Assembly: GCA_043228905.1 (NCBI GenBank)
Contig: JBHGNT010000009.1
Span: 15,624,001-15,688,000, forward strand
Length of the DNA: 64,000 nt
Direction: 5' to 3'
Origin: Azolla caroliniana
Lineage: Eukaryota; Plantae; Polypodiophyta
The translations under genes and the position numbers were made by a program. Position 1 is the stretch's first letter. Every line of letters begins with the position of its first letter. The notes under the pieces are model-generated. The model saw only the letters and a list, made by a program, of their open reading frames with translations. It was not told where the DNA came from and did not search any database. This document shows positions 50,401 through 64,000 of the stretch, one piece after another.

Positions 50401-52825
50401 CCCTTCGAGCGACAGTACTCCTGGAACTGCCCCCGGTATTCCCCTCCGTTATCCGCTCGTATCGCTTTCAGCTTCTTGCCGGATTCCCTTTCCACTCTCG
50501 CGTGAAGTTCTTTGAAGACGGACAATACTTGGTCCTTTGTCTTTAACGGTGCCGTCCACAGCTTCCGGCTATGGTCGTCAATGAATGTTACGAAGTACTG
50601 GGCTCCGCCATGTGACTTCGTTTCTACCTGACACACATCAGTATGCACCAACTCCAATGGTGCGCTACGTCTCGTCGGTGGCCTTGAGTGGAAGGAGGTT
50701 CGGTTTTGCTTACCGGCCAGACAGTCGGTGCACTTCTCCAGGTGCACATGCTTCACTGGAATAAGGTTGTCTTCTGCAAGCCTCTTCATCCCCTTCTCAC
50801 TCATGTGGCACAGTCTCTTGTGCCACAGCTCACCGGCAGTGTCGGCTGCCACATTCAACTCTTCCGGACATAACCGGGCATTCATCAGGTACAGTGTGTT
50901 GTCTTTCCGGGCCCGAGCCACTATCAGGCTCCCCTTGCTGAACTTCATGACACCGTTCCGGATGCTACCCGTGTAACCTTCATCATCTAGCCTCCCGGCC
51001 GAGATCAGGTTCAATCGGACCTCCGGAACGTGTCGCACATCCTTCAGCAGCATCTTGCATCCGGTTGATGTCATCAGCCACACGTCTCCTATGCCGGCAA
51101 TCCGGCATGTTCCTTCATTTCCCATCCGGACACAACCATGCTCACCGGCTGTGTAGGATGAGAAGTATTTCTTCTCCGGGGTCAGGTGGAACGACGCTCC
51201 GGAATCGACCACCCAGGTCATCTCTTCTCCGGCAAGGTTCAGCTCCCTCTCTTCGGTAATGAGCATTATCTCTTCTTCACTTGCCGCGAGTGCTGTCGTT
51301 CCTTTCCGGTCCTGCCCTCGCCGATCCGGACCTCTCCGGTCCGTGGCTCCCCGGTATGCACCGTTTCTCTCCGGTGACTTCTTCGAATCGGTGTCGTCGG
51401 CTCCGTTGTCTTTTCGGTAATGCCGACAATTCTTCCGGAAGTGCCCCGGCTTCCCACAGTGGAAGCATGTGGGCCTTCCTCTTGACTGCGACCGGGTCCC
51501 CGACTTCTCCCGTCTCTGCGGACTCCGGTTCCATTGTCTTCCCCGTTCCGATTCGGTAAGCAGCGCCTTCGAGTCGGAGGCCGGTTCTTTATCTCTCCGA
51601 CGCGCTTCTTCGTTCAAAATGCTTGTCTTTACCGTTTGTAGAGACAAGTTATCTTCGGTGCAGGAGGTGCTGAGAGTCACCACCAAGTTCTCCCAGCTAT
51701 CCGGCAATGTACACATCAGAATGATGGCTTGCATTGCATCCTCCAACGGGAACTTGATCGCCGCAAGCTGGTTCACGAATCCCATGAACGTGCTTACGTG
51801 TTCCACCATACTCTCGCCGTCCCGGTACTTGAGATTCACTATCTTCCTCATCAGGGAGGTCCGGTTCAACGCATTCTTCCTCTCGTAGAGGCCCGACAGC
51901 TTCTTCCACATCTCATATGCGTTGGTGTCGTTCGCCACATGTTGTAGGACGCTTACATCGACATATTGTCGGATCGTCGCTACGGCTTTCCGGTTCAGAA
52001 GCCTCCATTCCGTCTCAAGTACCCCCTTGGGTATTTCCGACCTGTCGATCGGTTCATACAGGTCCCGAACAATGAGCAGGTCCTCCATCTTTATCTTCCA
52101 GTCGGCGTAGTTCTGCGCATTCAGCACCATCATCCCCGGCTGCCCGCTGCCGCCGCCTTCCATTTTCTGTGTTACCGTCGCTCTGATACCACTTTGTTGA
52201 ACACCGCACTCGGCCACAACCGAGAAATAGGATCAAATCACAGAAAACAGGAAATACGAAATGCTCCAAGACAATAGAGAGAAAAGTACACAGTATGTTT
52301 TACGTGGAAAACCCTAAATGGGAAAAACCACGTGAGTCCTCAAACTCCAACTCACACTATACACAGAGATGTACAATGGTGAAGCTACAAGGCAACAACC
52401 TTGAGCTCACTGTCTTCGCCACAGGCGGCGGCAATACACAGAGGCGTCGACCTCTTCCTTTCTTTCTCTCTCTCTCGGCTGCTCTCACTTCGCTCTCTCT
52501 CCTAGAACATAAAAATGAGCAACAACAACAAAACTGTTTGCCCTAAGTCATATTTATACGCATATGACTTTCGGGCTATTTACAAATATAGCCTCAAGGG
52601 CCCTTGGCAAACATATTCACAAATATGTCCCCGCATCCGGATCTCGCTCCGGGTACATACATCATCCGGCTCCGTAACCGGGGTCTTCATCATCCGGCTC
52701 CGTAACCGGGGTCTTCATCATCCGGCTCCGCAGCCGAGGTCTTCATCATCCGGCTCCGTAACCGTAACCGGGCTTGCCGTCATTCATCTCCGGACATCCC
52801 ATCCGGAGGGACCGAAATCCCAACA
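47444..52825 (-). mobile_element. Near-intact Ty1/Copia element E
   Basis: LTRs 47444-48102 and 52195-52825 differ mainly by one 28-bp tandem unit. TSD GATAC, iMet PBS 52180-52191, PPT 48103-48112. Confidence 0.97.
48113..52163 (-). pseudogene. Copia E gag-pol: open for ~1180 codons, then a TGA at 48621 and a short deletion at the RNase H start
   Basis: CFHCGKPGH, DSGAS, HTDVC...DNGGEY, YVDD. The FTDSDMSA segment present in sibling F is missing. Confidence 0.93.
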
Positions 52826-53757
52826 GATACCGGTAGCTGGGAAGCGGATCAAAGAGTTCAAGAAGCGTCACGATGACGAGCCGGATCCGGATAACCTGGA
52901 CCGGGACGACGAACGATCCGAAACCGAGGAAGAACCGACGGGCAGGGAATGAAGGCTGGACCGGTTTTCTCCGTCCCAACTCAATTTGGCGCATGCCGGT
53001 GGATGCGCGGTTAGGTGGGGGCGGATGTCGTGAAGAAAACCGTCCACGAGCGGAATCGGTGCGCCGGAGCATAGGAACCGGCTCTTCATGCACGTACGCC
53101 TTATGTTGTACATAAGAGAGAATTAGGGACATGGAAGATCCGAGGTAGGTAGATTCGGTAGGTAGGAAGTTAATAGGAAACGGCTCCCTTCTTGCCTATA
53201 AAAGGAGGGAGACGAGGAAGAGGAAGGGATCGCGGAGAGTCGAGGACGAAGTGTTGTCGGTTTGCGGAGGCGAAGGGTTCTCTCTCTCTCTGGCTCGCAA
53301 ACTCCGTAGCTTCTTGCTTTGCAGGTTTCGGGAGGCTCGCGCTGCTTTGAGGAATGCCCGAGTGCTTCCGGAAGCACCTCCAACCTACTCTTTCCTTTCT
53401 GTGCGTTTACGAATAGGCATCGGCATTTGTTCGCCGGCCTGTTCGGTTGTAACAGACTTCGTGCTTCTTGTTGTTTGTTTGTTAATATATATATTTACAT
53501 ACATTCGTGTCCCTCGGTGTCTGCATCCCACTCGCGTCTTTGTATCGAAGGGTCGTGTCCCTGTGAATCTACGCTCGCACGTAGTGGGTCCCCTCCCTTC
53601 TCCTTTCTCTCTTGCTCTTCGGTACAAGACCCGCAAGGTCCTGCCCCATTCCACGCATCCGCGAGGAATACCTCGAGAACGTTAATCATGATTTGAACCC
53701 ACAAATAGAGTCTTAATTAATGTAACTAAGAAAAATTAAAAAAGAAAGGGCGTCAGT

Positions 53758-54543
53758 CCACCCCCTAACGAAGGTGAGAGATGGATTTGAGTCCCCCATC
53801 GGTGTCCCATACCACCAAGTACAAACATGGATCGTACCTTGAGTTTGACTAAGGAGGCACATGTATATGAAGCTAGAACTTTGCCACAGTATGTGAGAGT
53901 CTATCTTCAAAACAATAAGAAAAGAGATCACCCTCCATGAAGGTAGCCTTCTTATATAGGCTTGAACCCTAGGTCTTGTATGTTTCACACTTGGTTGCTT
54001 ATTATATAAAATGTGGTTGAGAAATGAAACACTCTAAAGTGATCTTCCACAATTATAGGATTGAGATAACTCAATCCTCACCCATCAATCATGCTTACAA
54101 AATTAGCCCACAACTACGGTTACAGATATGCCCATAACATTGTCACATTGAGCTTCTTACCAATGTGGGTTGCCGATCTTGAGAAGGATGCATGTCATCA
54201 TGTCTTCCTTCTGCTATTTGGAGGTCTCTCATCATCTTCATGGGCTCATCTATGGATGAACACCTAGCCAATTGACGGGAACTGAAACGCTCCCTATACG
54301 CAACACTCGGCCACAACCGAGCTTAGAATCATACACAGAAAACGGGAAATAATAAACGACACAAGGAGGAGAAGAGTACACAGGAGGTTTACGTGGAAAA
54401 CCCCAAACTAGGGAAAAAAACCACGGCAGCCCACAGGCTACAAACTGTCACTATGTAAGAATGTACAACAGTGAGTTCACGGAGGCAGCGACCTCATGCT
54501 CACAATCTTCGCCACAGGCGGCGGTTACAACTAAGGCAGCGAC

Positions 54544-54601
<58 letters not shown>

Positions 54602-57600
54602 ACACTGTTACGTGCACTAATCTCGTGCAAAACAACAATGACAACAACCAACTAAAAGTTTGCCCTAAGTCATATTTATACCAATATGACTTTTCGGCTA
54701 TTTACAAATATAGCCTCTATGGACTCTCAGAAACATATTTACGAATATGTCTCTTCATCCGGTGAGCACTCCTCACCGGGTGTACACCATCCGGCTATCC
54801 GTAGCCGGGTACTCCTCATCCGGTTTCGGCCTCGGCCTATCGGCCTCGACCAAGTTTGTTCATCAGCATTGGTCTTCTCCCTTCCCATCCGGGGGGACCT
54901 GTCTCCCAAAAAACTCCCCCTTCACTCCGGCATGGGGTGTCTTACTAGTCCGATCCTCTTCCGGCATGCATCCAGCTTGTCGGGTATCAGCACTTTGGTC
55001 AGCATATCTGACCCGTTCTCAGCCGTGTGGATCTTCGTCAGTGCGAACTCCTGGTCATCTACTCTTTCCCGGATCCAGTGATACCTTCGTTGAATATGCT
55101 TCGTCTGGGAATGGTAGGCCCCATTCTTAGCAAGGTGGATGGCACTTTGACTGTCGCAATAGAGTCGGTATTCATATTGCCGGATACCGAGCTCTCCGAT
55201 GAAGTCCTTCATCCATAATATTTCCTTGCCGGCTTCCAGAACTGCCATGTACTCCGCCTCCGTGGTTGACAATGCAACCGTCTTCTACAGCCTCGACTGC
55301 CACGAGACAGCTCCCCCTGCATATGTCATTACATACCCGGATGTAGACTGGCTGGTATCCACATCAGCCGACATGTCCGAATCGGTGAAACTGTCAAGTT
55401 GAGGTTTTCCGGAGCCGAATCGGAGACACATATTTGAAGTGCCCTTCAAATACCAGAGTATCCATTTGATCGTGTTCCAATGCTCCTTGCCGGGATTGCT
55501 CATAAACCGGCTCACCACTCCGACTGCGTATCCTATATCCGGTCGGGTACACACCATTGCGTACATCAAGCTCCCGACGGCAGAGGCATATGGAATCTTC
55601 ATCATATCCGCCTTCTCTGCTTTCGTCTTCGGGCTTTGCTTACCGGATAGCCTGCAGTTTGCCGGAAGTGTCGATCCGACCGGTTTCGCATCTGACATGT
55701 TGAACCGGTAAAGCACCTTTGTCATGTACTTCTCCTGTGACAGCCACAATTGCTTCATTGCCCGGTTCTGAATAATATGCATGCCCAGCATCTGTCTTGC
55801 CAGACCCAAGTCTTTCATTGAGAAGGTCCGGTTGAGGGCCTTCTTCAGCATCCGTATTTTGACTTGGTCTCGTCCGATGATCAACATGTCATCCACGTAC
55901 AGGAGGAGTATCAGGAAGTCGCCTCCTTCGAACTTCTTCACAAACACGCAGTGATCGGCCTACGTCTTGTGGTACCCTTGGTCGGTAATGAAGGAATCAA
56001 ACTTCCGGTACCATTGTCGGGGAGCCTGCTTTAGTCCGTACAGGCTCTTCTTCAGCCGGCATACCAAGTTCTCCTTCCCTTTCTCCACAAATCCCTCCGG
56101 TTGCTGCATGTAGATCTCCTCTTCGAGGTCGCCGTGAAGGAATGTTGTCTTCACGTTCAGCTGTTCTACCTCGAGGTCCATGCTTGCCGCTATACTCAGC
56201 ACCGTCCGGATGGAGGTCATCTTTACTACCGGGGCAAATATCTCGTCAAAATCCACACCCTTTTTCTACTGGAACCCCTTCACCACGATCCTGGCTTTGT
56301 ATCTCAGGGGGTTGCCAGCATCTCCCGGTTTCAACTTGTAGACCCACTTATTTCAGAGTGCCCGCTTTCCTTTCGGCAACTCCACCAATTCGTACGTGTG
56401 GTTCTCATGTAGGGAATCCATCTCGTCCTGCATGGCACTTAACCTTTTTTGGTTGTGGGTGTCATCCTTTGCTTCTTCGAAGCTTTCTGGCTCCCCCTCA
56501 TCGGTTAGCAGCACATGCTCTGCATCCGGAAATCTCCGGGGGGGCCTTCTCTCTCTTAGAGGATATCTCCGTCTCCGGGGTTCGGTAACCGGCTCCTCTA
56601 TTTGCTCTTCATCCGAATCTGATTCGGGGTCTTGGCCGGTTCCGGTTTCAGCTTCCTCTACTTCTTCTTCTGCTGGTTCGGTATCCTCACCGTAACCAGC
56701 TGGTTCCTCGAGTGCTAACCGGTCTCTTGTCGGTTGGGTCTGCTCATCGTAGAATCAATCATTACCGGTCGACTCAGAGTTCATTATCTTCTTCTCCAAC
56801 TCCCAGTCGGCGGGCGTCTTGTCCTCCATGAAGATAATATCTCGACTCTGGAATACCTTCTTGTCGACCGGGTCCCACACTCGGTAGCCGAACTCATTGT
56901 CGCCGTAACCGAGGAATATGCATGGTCGGGTCTTTGGATCTAACTTTCCTCTCCGGTCCTTAGCTACATGCACATACGCGAGACACCTGAACACCTTCAG
57001 ATGCCGGTAGGACACTTCCTTACCGGTCCAAACTCTCTGTGGCGTGTCTCCGTCCAAGGGTACTGAGGGTGATCTATTTATCACGTATGTCTCTGTCGAC
57101 AATGCCTCGGCCCAAAACTTCTTGGGTAGTTTTGCATGCGCTAGCATACTCCGGACCCTCTCCATTATGGTCTGGTTCATCCTCTCGGCCAGCCCGTTTA
57201 GTTCTGGCGTCTTTGGCACGGTAAGTTCGAGCCGGATTCCCTTCATGCGGCAGTACTCCTCGAACTGCCCCCGGTATTCTCCTTCATTATCTGCTCGAAC
57301 CGCCTTCAGCTTCCGGCCGGTTTCTCTTTCCACTCTTGCGTGGAGCTCTTTGAAGACAGATAACACCTGATCCTTCGTCTTCAACGGTGTGGCCCACAGC
57401 TTCCGGTTGTGGTCATCTATGAACGTCACAAAGTACTGCACTCCGGCATGTGACTTCGTGTCTACTTGACACACATCCGTATGCACCAACTCCAGTGGTG
57501 CATTACGTCTCATCGGTGGCCTTGGTCGGAAGGAGGTCCGGTTTTGCTTACCGGCCAGACAATCAGTGCACTTCTCCAAGTGCACGTTCTTCACTAGAAT

Positions 57601-59259
57601 GAGATTGTCGTCTGCAAGCCTCTTCATCCCCTTCTCGCTCATGTGAAACAGCCTTTTGTGCCACAGCTCACCGGCAGTGTCGGATGCCACATTCACTTCC
57701 TCCGGACATAACCGGGCATTCATCAGGTACAGTCTGTTGACCTTCCGGGCCCAAGCCACAATCAGGCTCCCTTTGCTGAATTTCATGACACCGTTCCGGA
57801 TGCTACCCGTGTAGCCTTCATCATCTAGCTGACCGGCTGATATCAGGTTCAGACGAACCTCCGGAACGTGTCAGACATCCTTCAGCAGCAACTTGCATCC
57901 GGTTGGTATTGACAGCCACACGTCTCCTATGCCGACAATTCGGCATGTACCTTCATTCCCCATCCGGACACAGCCATGATCACCGACTGAGTAGGATGAG
58001 AAGCATTTCCGGTCCGGGGTAAGGTGGAACGACGCTCCGGAGTCTACCACCCAGGTCATCTCGTCGCCGGCAAGGTTTATCTCACTCTCCTCGGTGATGA
58101 GCATCAACTCTTCTTCACTTGCCGCGATTGCCGTCGTCCCCTTCCGGTCCGGCCCCCTCCGGTCTTTATCATTCCGGTCTGGTATCCGCTTCGAATCGGT
58201 ACCGTCGGTTTCCTTGTCCTTTCGGAAATGCCAACAGTTCTTCTGGAAGTGTCCCGACTTGCCGCAATAGAAGCAAGTAGGTCTCCCCCTTGACTTTGAC
58301 CGTGTCCCCGACTTCTCCCGATTCTGGGGACTACGGTTTCTTTGTCTTCCATGTTCCGATTTGGTAAGGAGCGCTTTGGAGTCGGAGCTCATATCTTTAT
58401 CTTTCTGACGCGCCTCCTCATCTAGCAAGCTCGACTTTACTCTTGCTAGGGATAACCGCTTTCCTTCCAACCCGGCGTTGCCCAAAGTGACAACCAGCAT
58501 CTCCCAGCTATCCGGGAGGGAACCGAGCAGGAGTAACGCTAGTACCTCATCAGCGAGAGGTACTTCCAATGAAGTTGCCTGGTGGATCAGGCATTCATGT
58601 GCTCCGCCATGTTGGAGCCATCTTGGTACCAGAGTCTTACTAGCTTCCGGAATACCAAAACTTGATTCACAACATTTTTGTTTTGAAACATTATGCCGAT
58701 CTTCTCCCAGAGCTCATGAGCCTTTCTCTCTTCATTGAAGTTGTTGTACAGGCTCATGTCGATGAAGCACCGTATGTACGCCGTTGTCTTCATGTGCATC
58801 ACCTCCCATATCGCGGCGTCGATTTTGTCCGGTCTCTTGTCCCCGAACTGAACCGGCAGCCAGAGGTCTTTAACCACGAGCATGTCCCTCATCTTCGACT
58901 TCCACACTGAATAGTTGGAGCCGGTGAGCTTGAACATGCCGCCAAACGATTCGTCCATTTTCTGTGTCGTTTTGCTCTGATACCACTTGACGGGAACTTA
59001 AACGCTCCCTATACGCAACGCTCGGCCACAACCGAGCTTAGAATCATACACAGAAAACTAGAAATAATAAACGACACAAGGAGGAGAAGAGTACATAGGA
59101 GGTTTACGTGGAAAACCCCAAACTAGGGAAAAAAAACCACGGCAGTCCACAGGCTGCAAACTGTCACTATGTAAGAATGTACAACAGTGAGTTCACGGAG
59201 GCAGCGACCTCGTGCTCACAATCTTTGCCACAGGCGGCGGTTACAACTGAGGCAGCGAC

Positions 59260-59316
<57 letters not shown>

Positions 59317-60464
59317 CACTGTTACGCGCACTAATCTCGTGCAAAACAACAATGACAACAACCAACTAAAAGTTTGCCCTAAGTCATATTTATACCAATA
59401 TGACTTTTCGGCTATTTACAAATATAGCCTCTATGGACTCTCAGAAACATATTTACGAATATGTCTCTTCATCCGGTGAGCACTCCTCACCGGGTCTACA
59501 CCATCCGGCTCTCTGTAGCCGGGTACTCCTCATCCGGTTCTCACCGGGTCTGCACCATCCGGCTCTCCGTAGCCGAGTACTCCTCATCCGGTTTCGGCCT
59601 TGGCCTATTGGCCTCGACCGAGTTTGTTCATCAGCATTGGTCTTCTCCCTTCCCATCCGGAGGGACCTGTCTCCCAACACCAGTCCGTCCACCACATTTG
59701 TTGTCAGCCTCAGTCCTGCATTCGGTCATCCCCTCCTTCCCATTGCTCTAGTGTCCTCCATGTCACAGGGTCCTCTTTCTATCAGAGCTTGGTGGCTTGA
59801 TGAAGCCCCATCATATTGTTGTCGTCGTTTGTCGAATTGATATGTTTTTACTACGGTCCAATTCCTTGTGAGTCCATCATCATTTTCAAGTAGGAGGCCC
59901 ATTTTCTCTCTATCTTGAGCATCCACTTCTGTGAGGAATAATAGGATTTTTCTTGTATCGAGTACCGTCCTATCAAGTATTGAGAGACATGCAAACCGCT
60001 TCTCAAACTCTTGAAGTATTATAGTGATGCTCCTTCCTTTTCCATGGGACTTTACCCAATCAATTAGGTCTTTCTTCATCATCTTCGTGGAGACATTGAA
60101 TTTACACTCTTGGAGCAGAACTCTCTCGAACTCCTCCCTATTGTGGCTCTCTGCTTTCATCTCAAGGATCTCTTCATGGGACTCGACATTACCACCCTAG
60201 CAAAGCTACTCAGTCCCTTTGCTTCTAGAATGTCTCTCATGACCATGTCGGTTTTATAAGCTTCTATGTAGAGAGAGAGAGAGTTCATTTCCACTAAATC
60301 AACTACTTGTTTCAATGACCATCTCTATGGTTTTATTTAGCGCAACCTTGTTCTCTCCTTCCTTCATCATTCGGTTCATAGCCGCGAACATCATACTGAC
60401 AAAGTTCTCTCCTTGCATCTTTGAAATTCCCCTCCCTTGCTACTCTTTCACGTCGGGTTTACCA
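53758..60464 (-). mobile_element. Relic of another Trp-primed Gypsy interrupted by Copia F; boundaries uncertain
   Basis: PBS-like TGGTAAACCCGACGTGA at 60448-60464. ORF 59726-60160 resembles gag at 42354-42800 (LDRTVLDT...DGLT..W). PPT-like tract near 53760. Confidence 0.6.
54273..59679 (-). mobile_element. Ty1/Copia element F (gag-pol 54922-58958 disrupted), pol closely related to E
   Basis: LTRs 54273-54911 and 58988-59679, iMet PBS 58974-58985, flanks CCAAT/CCAGT (TSD with 1 mismatch). Confidence 0.93.
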
Positions 60465-62338
60465 AATAAGTAAACATGTATGTGTGTGCTACTCGGGCAT
60501 GACCATTATTGTGTTATGAGGAGCACGCATGAGGAAATGAGTTACACTAAATATATGTAAATGGTTGAAGGATAGGCAAAGGTATGTCAAGAAGGACATG
60601 AAACAAGACCAAGTCAAAGATAACAAAAAGACATAGGTTGACAATTGTCAAAAGCTTATTTTAGGAATAAAAAGGTCAAGGATTCGAGTCTTGTTTGAAC
60701 TATGAGAAGTTAAGCATATGTTGATGGTATGGATGTGAAGATTATCAGTTTGCTCGCACCCTAAGGATTTGTGTATAGAGTTTTGTTGTCTAGCCCCATG
60801 AGTACGAAATCCTTGATTAAATTGATGGCACACGACCCTTCCTAAAAAATCAAATTGTAATTGGTTAGAAAATCTTTCATTGCATTCGTATTTTTGCCAA
60901 GGATTTCTCTTAAAGACCTCATTCATTCTCAAGTTACCTTCTAGTAATGCCTTACCAGTAGTAATGATTATGTCCCTTTGCATTGCAATGCCCTTCCCTT
61001 TTATCTTGTGTGGCACTTGATGCCACTATTGATCTTTAACATCAGGTTCTACACTAGCATGTACTCTATTATCCTCCCCAACACCTCCAACATACCATGA
61101 ACTTTAGAATCTCACTTTAACCCATGACATGTTCCTTCATCAATGACCATATCAACCATTGATAAGACAATATTCTTCTCAACATCTTCCTTATCTTTTT
61201 CTTTGACATATTTTTCTGTGGATGGTTCACTATGATATTAACATCAACCCATAAAATGCCCCAATTGATCACATTTAAAACAATGTCCTGCAAAAGTCTC
61301 CCACTAAAGATTAAAACAAAATCGACCAAATTGAGATGTATCTATGTATACTCAACCATCCTAGAAGTTTGCAACTTGTGTCCCATAACATACAAAATCC
61401 ACATTTGTTCAAAGAATTAGCATGGGGAGCTACCTATTTGAGACATCAATTTTGGTAATGATTCCCAAAAGAATGAGTTACTACAATCAACAGTCCCCCA
61501 AATTAGACATTATTTTTCAATAGATCTTTATAATCAACCATGGGAACCCAGTTAATCACATGCACTAATCTTCTATAAAAAAAGATTGGTCCTTTGCCAT
61601 CAAATCAATATGATGTTCCAACGATAAAAAACCCACATCATAGAAACCCCATGGACTTGCATATACATGCTCAACACAATTAGGCATTATGAATGAATTC
61701 AACCATTACTTAATCCATGATACTCAAGGAAGTTTACTAGTGAAATACAAAATAACACCACCGTCATAAAACCTGTCAAATGTTGCTAACATGAACTTGG
61801 TCTCCATCACTACCTCCACAACATCCTCTTCTACACAATCCTTAACATCTTTCTCGTTTTTTTTATAAAGTCAAAAAGCAAAGCGTAAACAAAATCACAA
61901 CATATGTGAACATCATAATCATCCCCGATAACATATTTCCCACCAATAATTGCAACTTTTGATATCTTCGCATGATCCGTAGAATCGATACGTTTTTGTT
62001 GTTTGAAAATTTCACAACCATCATCACTACCACACCTATCGACAAGCATCAACACACTTCCTGTTGTATTGGCTAACATCAAAACATAGATTGAAAACAA
62101 ACTTGAGAGGGTGACAAATTTCCTTGTAACATACATTGTATATATTTGGTTCTCAATAGAATTATATCTTTAATTCTTTACATGGTATATAGGTTAATTA
62201 TGAGGACTTAGAATGTATTGCATAAAGAGGAACCTTACAATGTATTCTAGTGTTAGACTTTAGTTCATCAACTAAGTTGTATATGTATTTGCTCACTTTA
62301 GTCATCAACAAGTTGTAGTTATATTTGCTCACTCAGTA

Positions 62339-64000
62339 TTTTTTTTTTCCAAAAAATAAAACTACTTCCATTAGTTAAGGCAATGTACATAGGATAATTT
62401 ACAACTCATATCTTACAAGCCATCTTGCATGTCAAAAGAAAACAATATGTGTAGAGGAAACAACAAAAACAATTCCAAAACACCACATCATTCGATGTGC
62501 ATAGCATTACCCGAACGCATACTCTCCATGTGAGCCTCATACAACCTGAATTCAGCATAGACGTCCTCCATTCACTTCTCATGGTGTTTGAACTTCTCAT
62601 AGATGTTAGGTACACTCCGAGGGAACAACCACCGTGGTGGTTGATAATTCCACTTCGCTTTACCATCCACCATCTGCAACATCGACGCACCGCTCCATTT
62701 AAGAAGGAACCGAGCTCTAGGTTCTTCACTTGCGTCAGAGGACCCTTGAAGACTTTCAAACTCTCCTCGTAACGTAGAAATAAGATTAAACCAAATCATC
62801 ATGAAATTCTCAGCTAGTGGGGTTCGCTTACCTGCGAAAGTCTCCTTGCACCTAGATACCCACACTTGCCAAATCGTAAGGCCGACCACTAATAACCATA
62901 TGTCCACGTAGCGTTCATGTAAGAATAATGAACCTCCTTGAGCTGGTTGTACAGTTCCTTGCATCACCTTTAAAGAAGGACTATTTCCATTCCACCCTTG
63001 AAACCACGAAGTTGATTCAGTGGCCAACCAAGTGACTATTGCGTTCGATACATGAACCTCAACCCCGAACCGAGCCAAGATTCTTAAGCTCCTCGGCCAA
63101 ATTTCTTGGGCTCGTGGGCAACACCACAAACAATGTGTGATGTCCTCCAAGCTCGCACTACAGGCCTTGCAACTACTCATGTCACCTCTATTCCCAAGCC
63201 ACTCTCCCGTTGGAACAGCCTGATGGGTGATTAACCAGAAAAACACTTTGACCCGCTTGAGAAGGGATGAGTTCCATATCCTGCTCTTAGTTCTATCCAC
63301 GAAGACTGAATCGACAACTACATGGGCCCACTTGTTGGCACACTTCTCACGATACCAACCTAACTTTCTCCCCAAGCGCGTCGAGTATTCAAAGAAACCT
63401 AATGATTTATCTTGTTCTCCCTTCCACGTATATTTAGCGGGATCCCATTCTAAGCACTCGAGAGGCTTGCCTTCAACCACGTACAAGATTCAGTCCTCCT
63501 CAACCTCTTCGACTAGTGGATTCACCTTCCATTTCTTTCCGTCTGTTGCCACAATTCTAATTGGGTACCATCATGCACTTTCATCTATTGATCCCAACTG
63601 GACGATCTTCCCATTCTTTCCTAAACCCCTGACATTGATAATTTTTCTGGAATCATCACATTGTCTGAACCATTCACCCTCTTCCTCATTACCAATAGGA
63701 AGCGAGTAGACAGCTATATTGACTAGGTCAAGCATCTTTCTGCCATTTCCCACCTTTCCCACGTCTTCATATAATTTATCACAATTACTGTCGGACAACT
63801 GCATCCAATCTGCCATTGAGTGAATCCCTAGACAATACAATATAGCCCAGGCATACGCTTGCTCTGTCCAAGCATCTTTCCCTCTGGCAATTGTACGGTC
63901 TCGTTCCATAATAGGGGTTGGCACATCCATTCAGCACTAGTACTTGGATGATTCCGACTTAGATGCCCACAGAGCATACTCCACTCCACGCCTGCATCAC
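62339..64000 (-). mobile_element. L1-like LINE, 3' part of ORF2 (zf-RVT region) with probable poly(A) end
   Basis: IWNSSLLKRVKVFFWLITH...CKAC...EDITHCLWCC..AQEIW and IWQVWVSRC in ORF 62572-63486; T-run at 62339-62348. Confidence 0.8.

Larger units (their letters stand above)
44245..52952 (+). pseudogene. pol (RT-RNase H-IN) of the Trp-primed Gypsy, interrupted near the C-terminus by Copia E
   Basis: ORF 44245-47443 (DLYSGYDQ, FLDD, VDTSPTGIG, integrase, WFGPY) resumes at 52831 (PVAGKRIKEF...). Confidence 0.92.
41309..53678 (+). mobile_element. Non-chromovirus Ty3/Gypsy with tRNA-Trp PBS; hosts Copia E
   Basis: 653-bp LTRs 41309-41961 and 53026-53678, PBS TGGTGAACCCGACGTGA 41965-41981, PPT before 53026, ACGT flanking both ends. 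Confidence 0.95.

Noticed and set aside
41400-59840. Many overlapping antisense and alternate-frame ORFs, including ER/SL-repeat ORFs in LTRs
   Set aside because: Explained by GC-rich retroelement coding strands and (GA)n microsatellites; no recognisable domains.
60500-62200. Degraded LINE ORF1-like sequence on the minus strand
   Set aside because: Only vague hints in heavily stopped frames; no motif I can defend.

Overview
Eukaryotic, repeat-dense window, probably from a non-seed land plant such as a fern (inferred from Tcn1-like chromoviruses, plant-type tRNA primer sites and GT-AG introns). Most of it is nested Ty1/Copia and Ty3/Gypsy LTR retrotransposons, plus a 3' LINE fragment and one 100-N gap. 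No ordinary host gene was found. The standout feature is a TIR DNA transposon at 18790-33582 (36-bp TIRs, 4-bp AAGC TSD, about 9.1 kb once a nested Gypsy is removed). It carries (i) a DDE/DDD-type transposase gene and (ii) a divergent, apparently intact 6-exon gene for a 974-aa protein that fuses a ParB/Srx-like domain to a bacterial-type beta-class N6-adenine/N4-cytosine DNA methyltransferase. Intron 1 of that gene holds (iii) seven 25-bp palindromes at an exact 51-bp period (parS/iteron-like, superficially CRISPR-like). The two Tcn1-like chromoviruses also show covarying self-priming signals, a conserved -1 frameshift hairpin, heat-shock-element arrays and tRNA-like Pol III A/B boxes in their LTRs. 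All coordinates were derived by hand; family names come from motif recall, not database searches.
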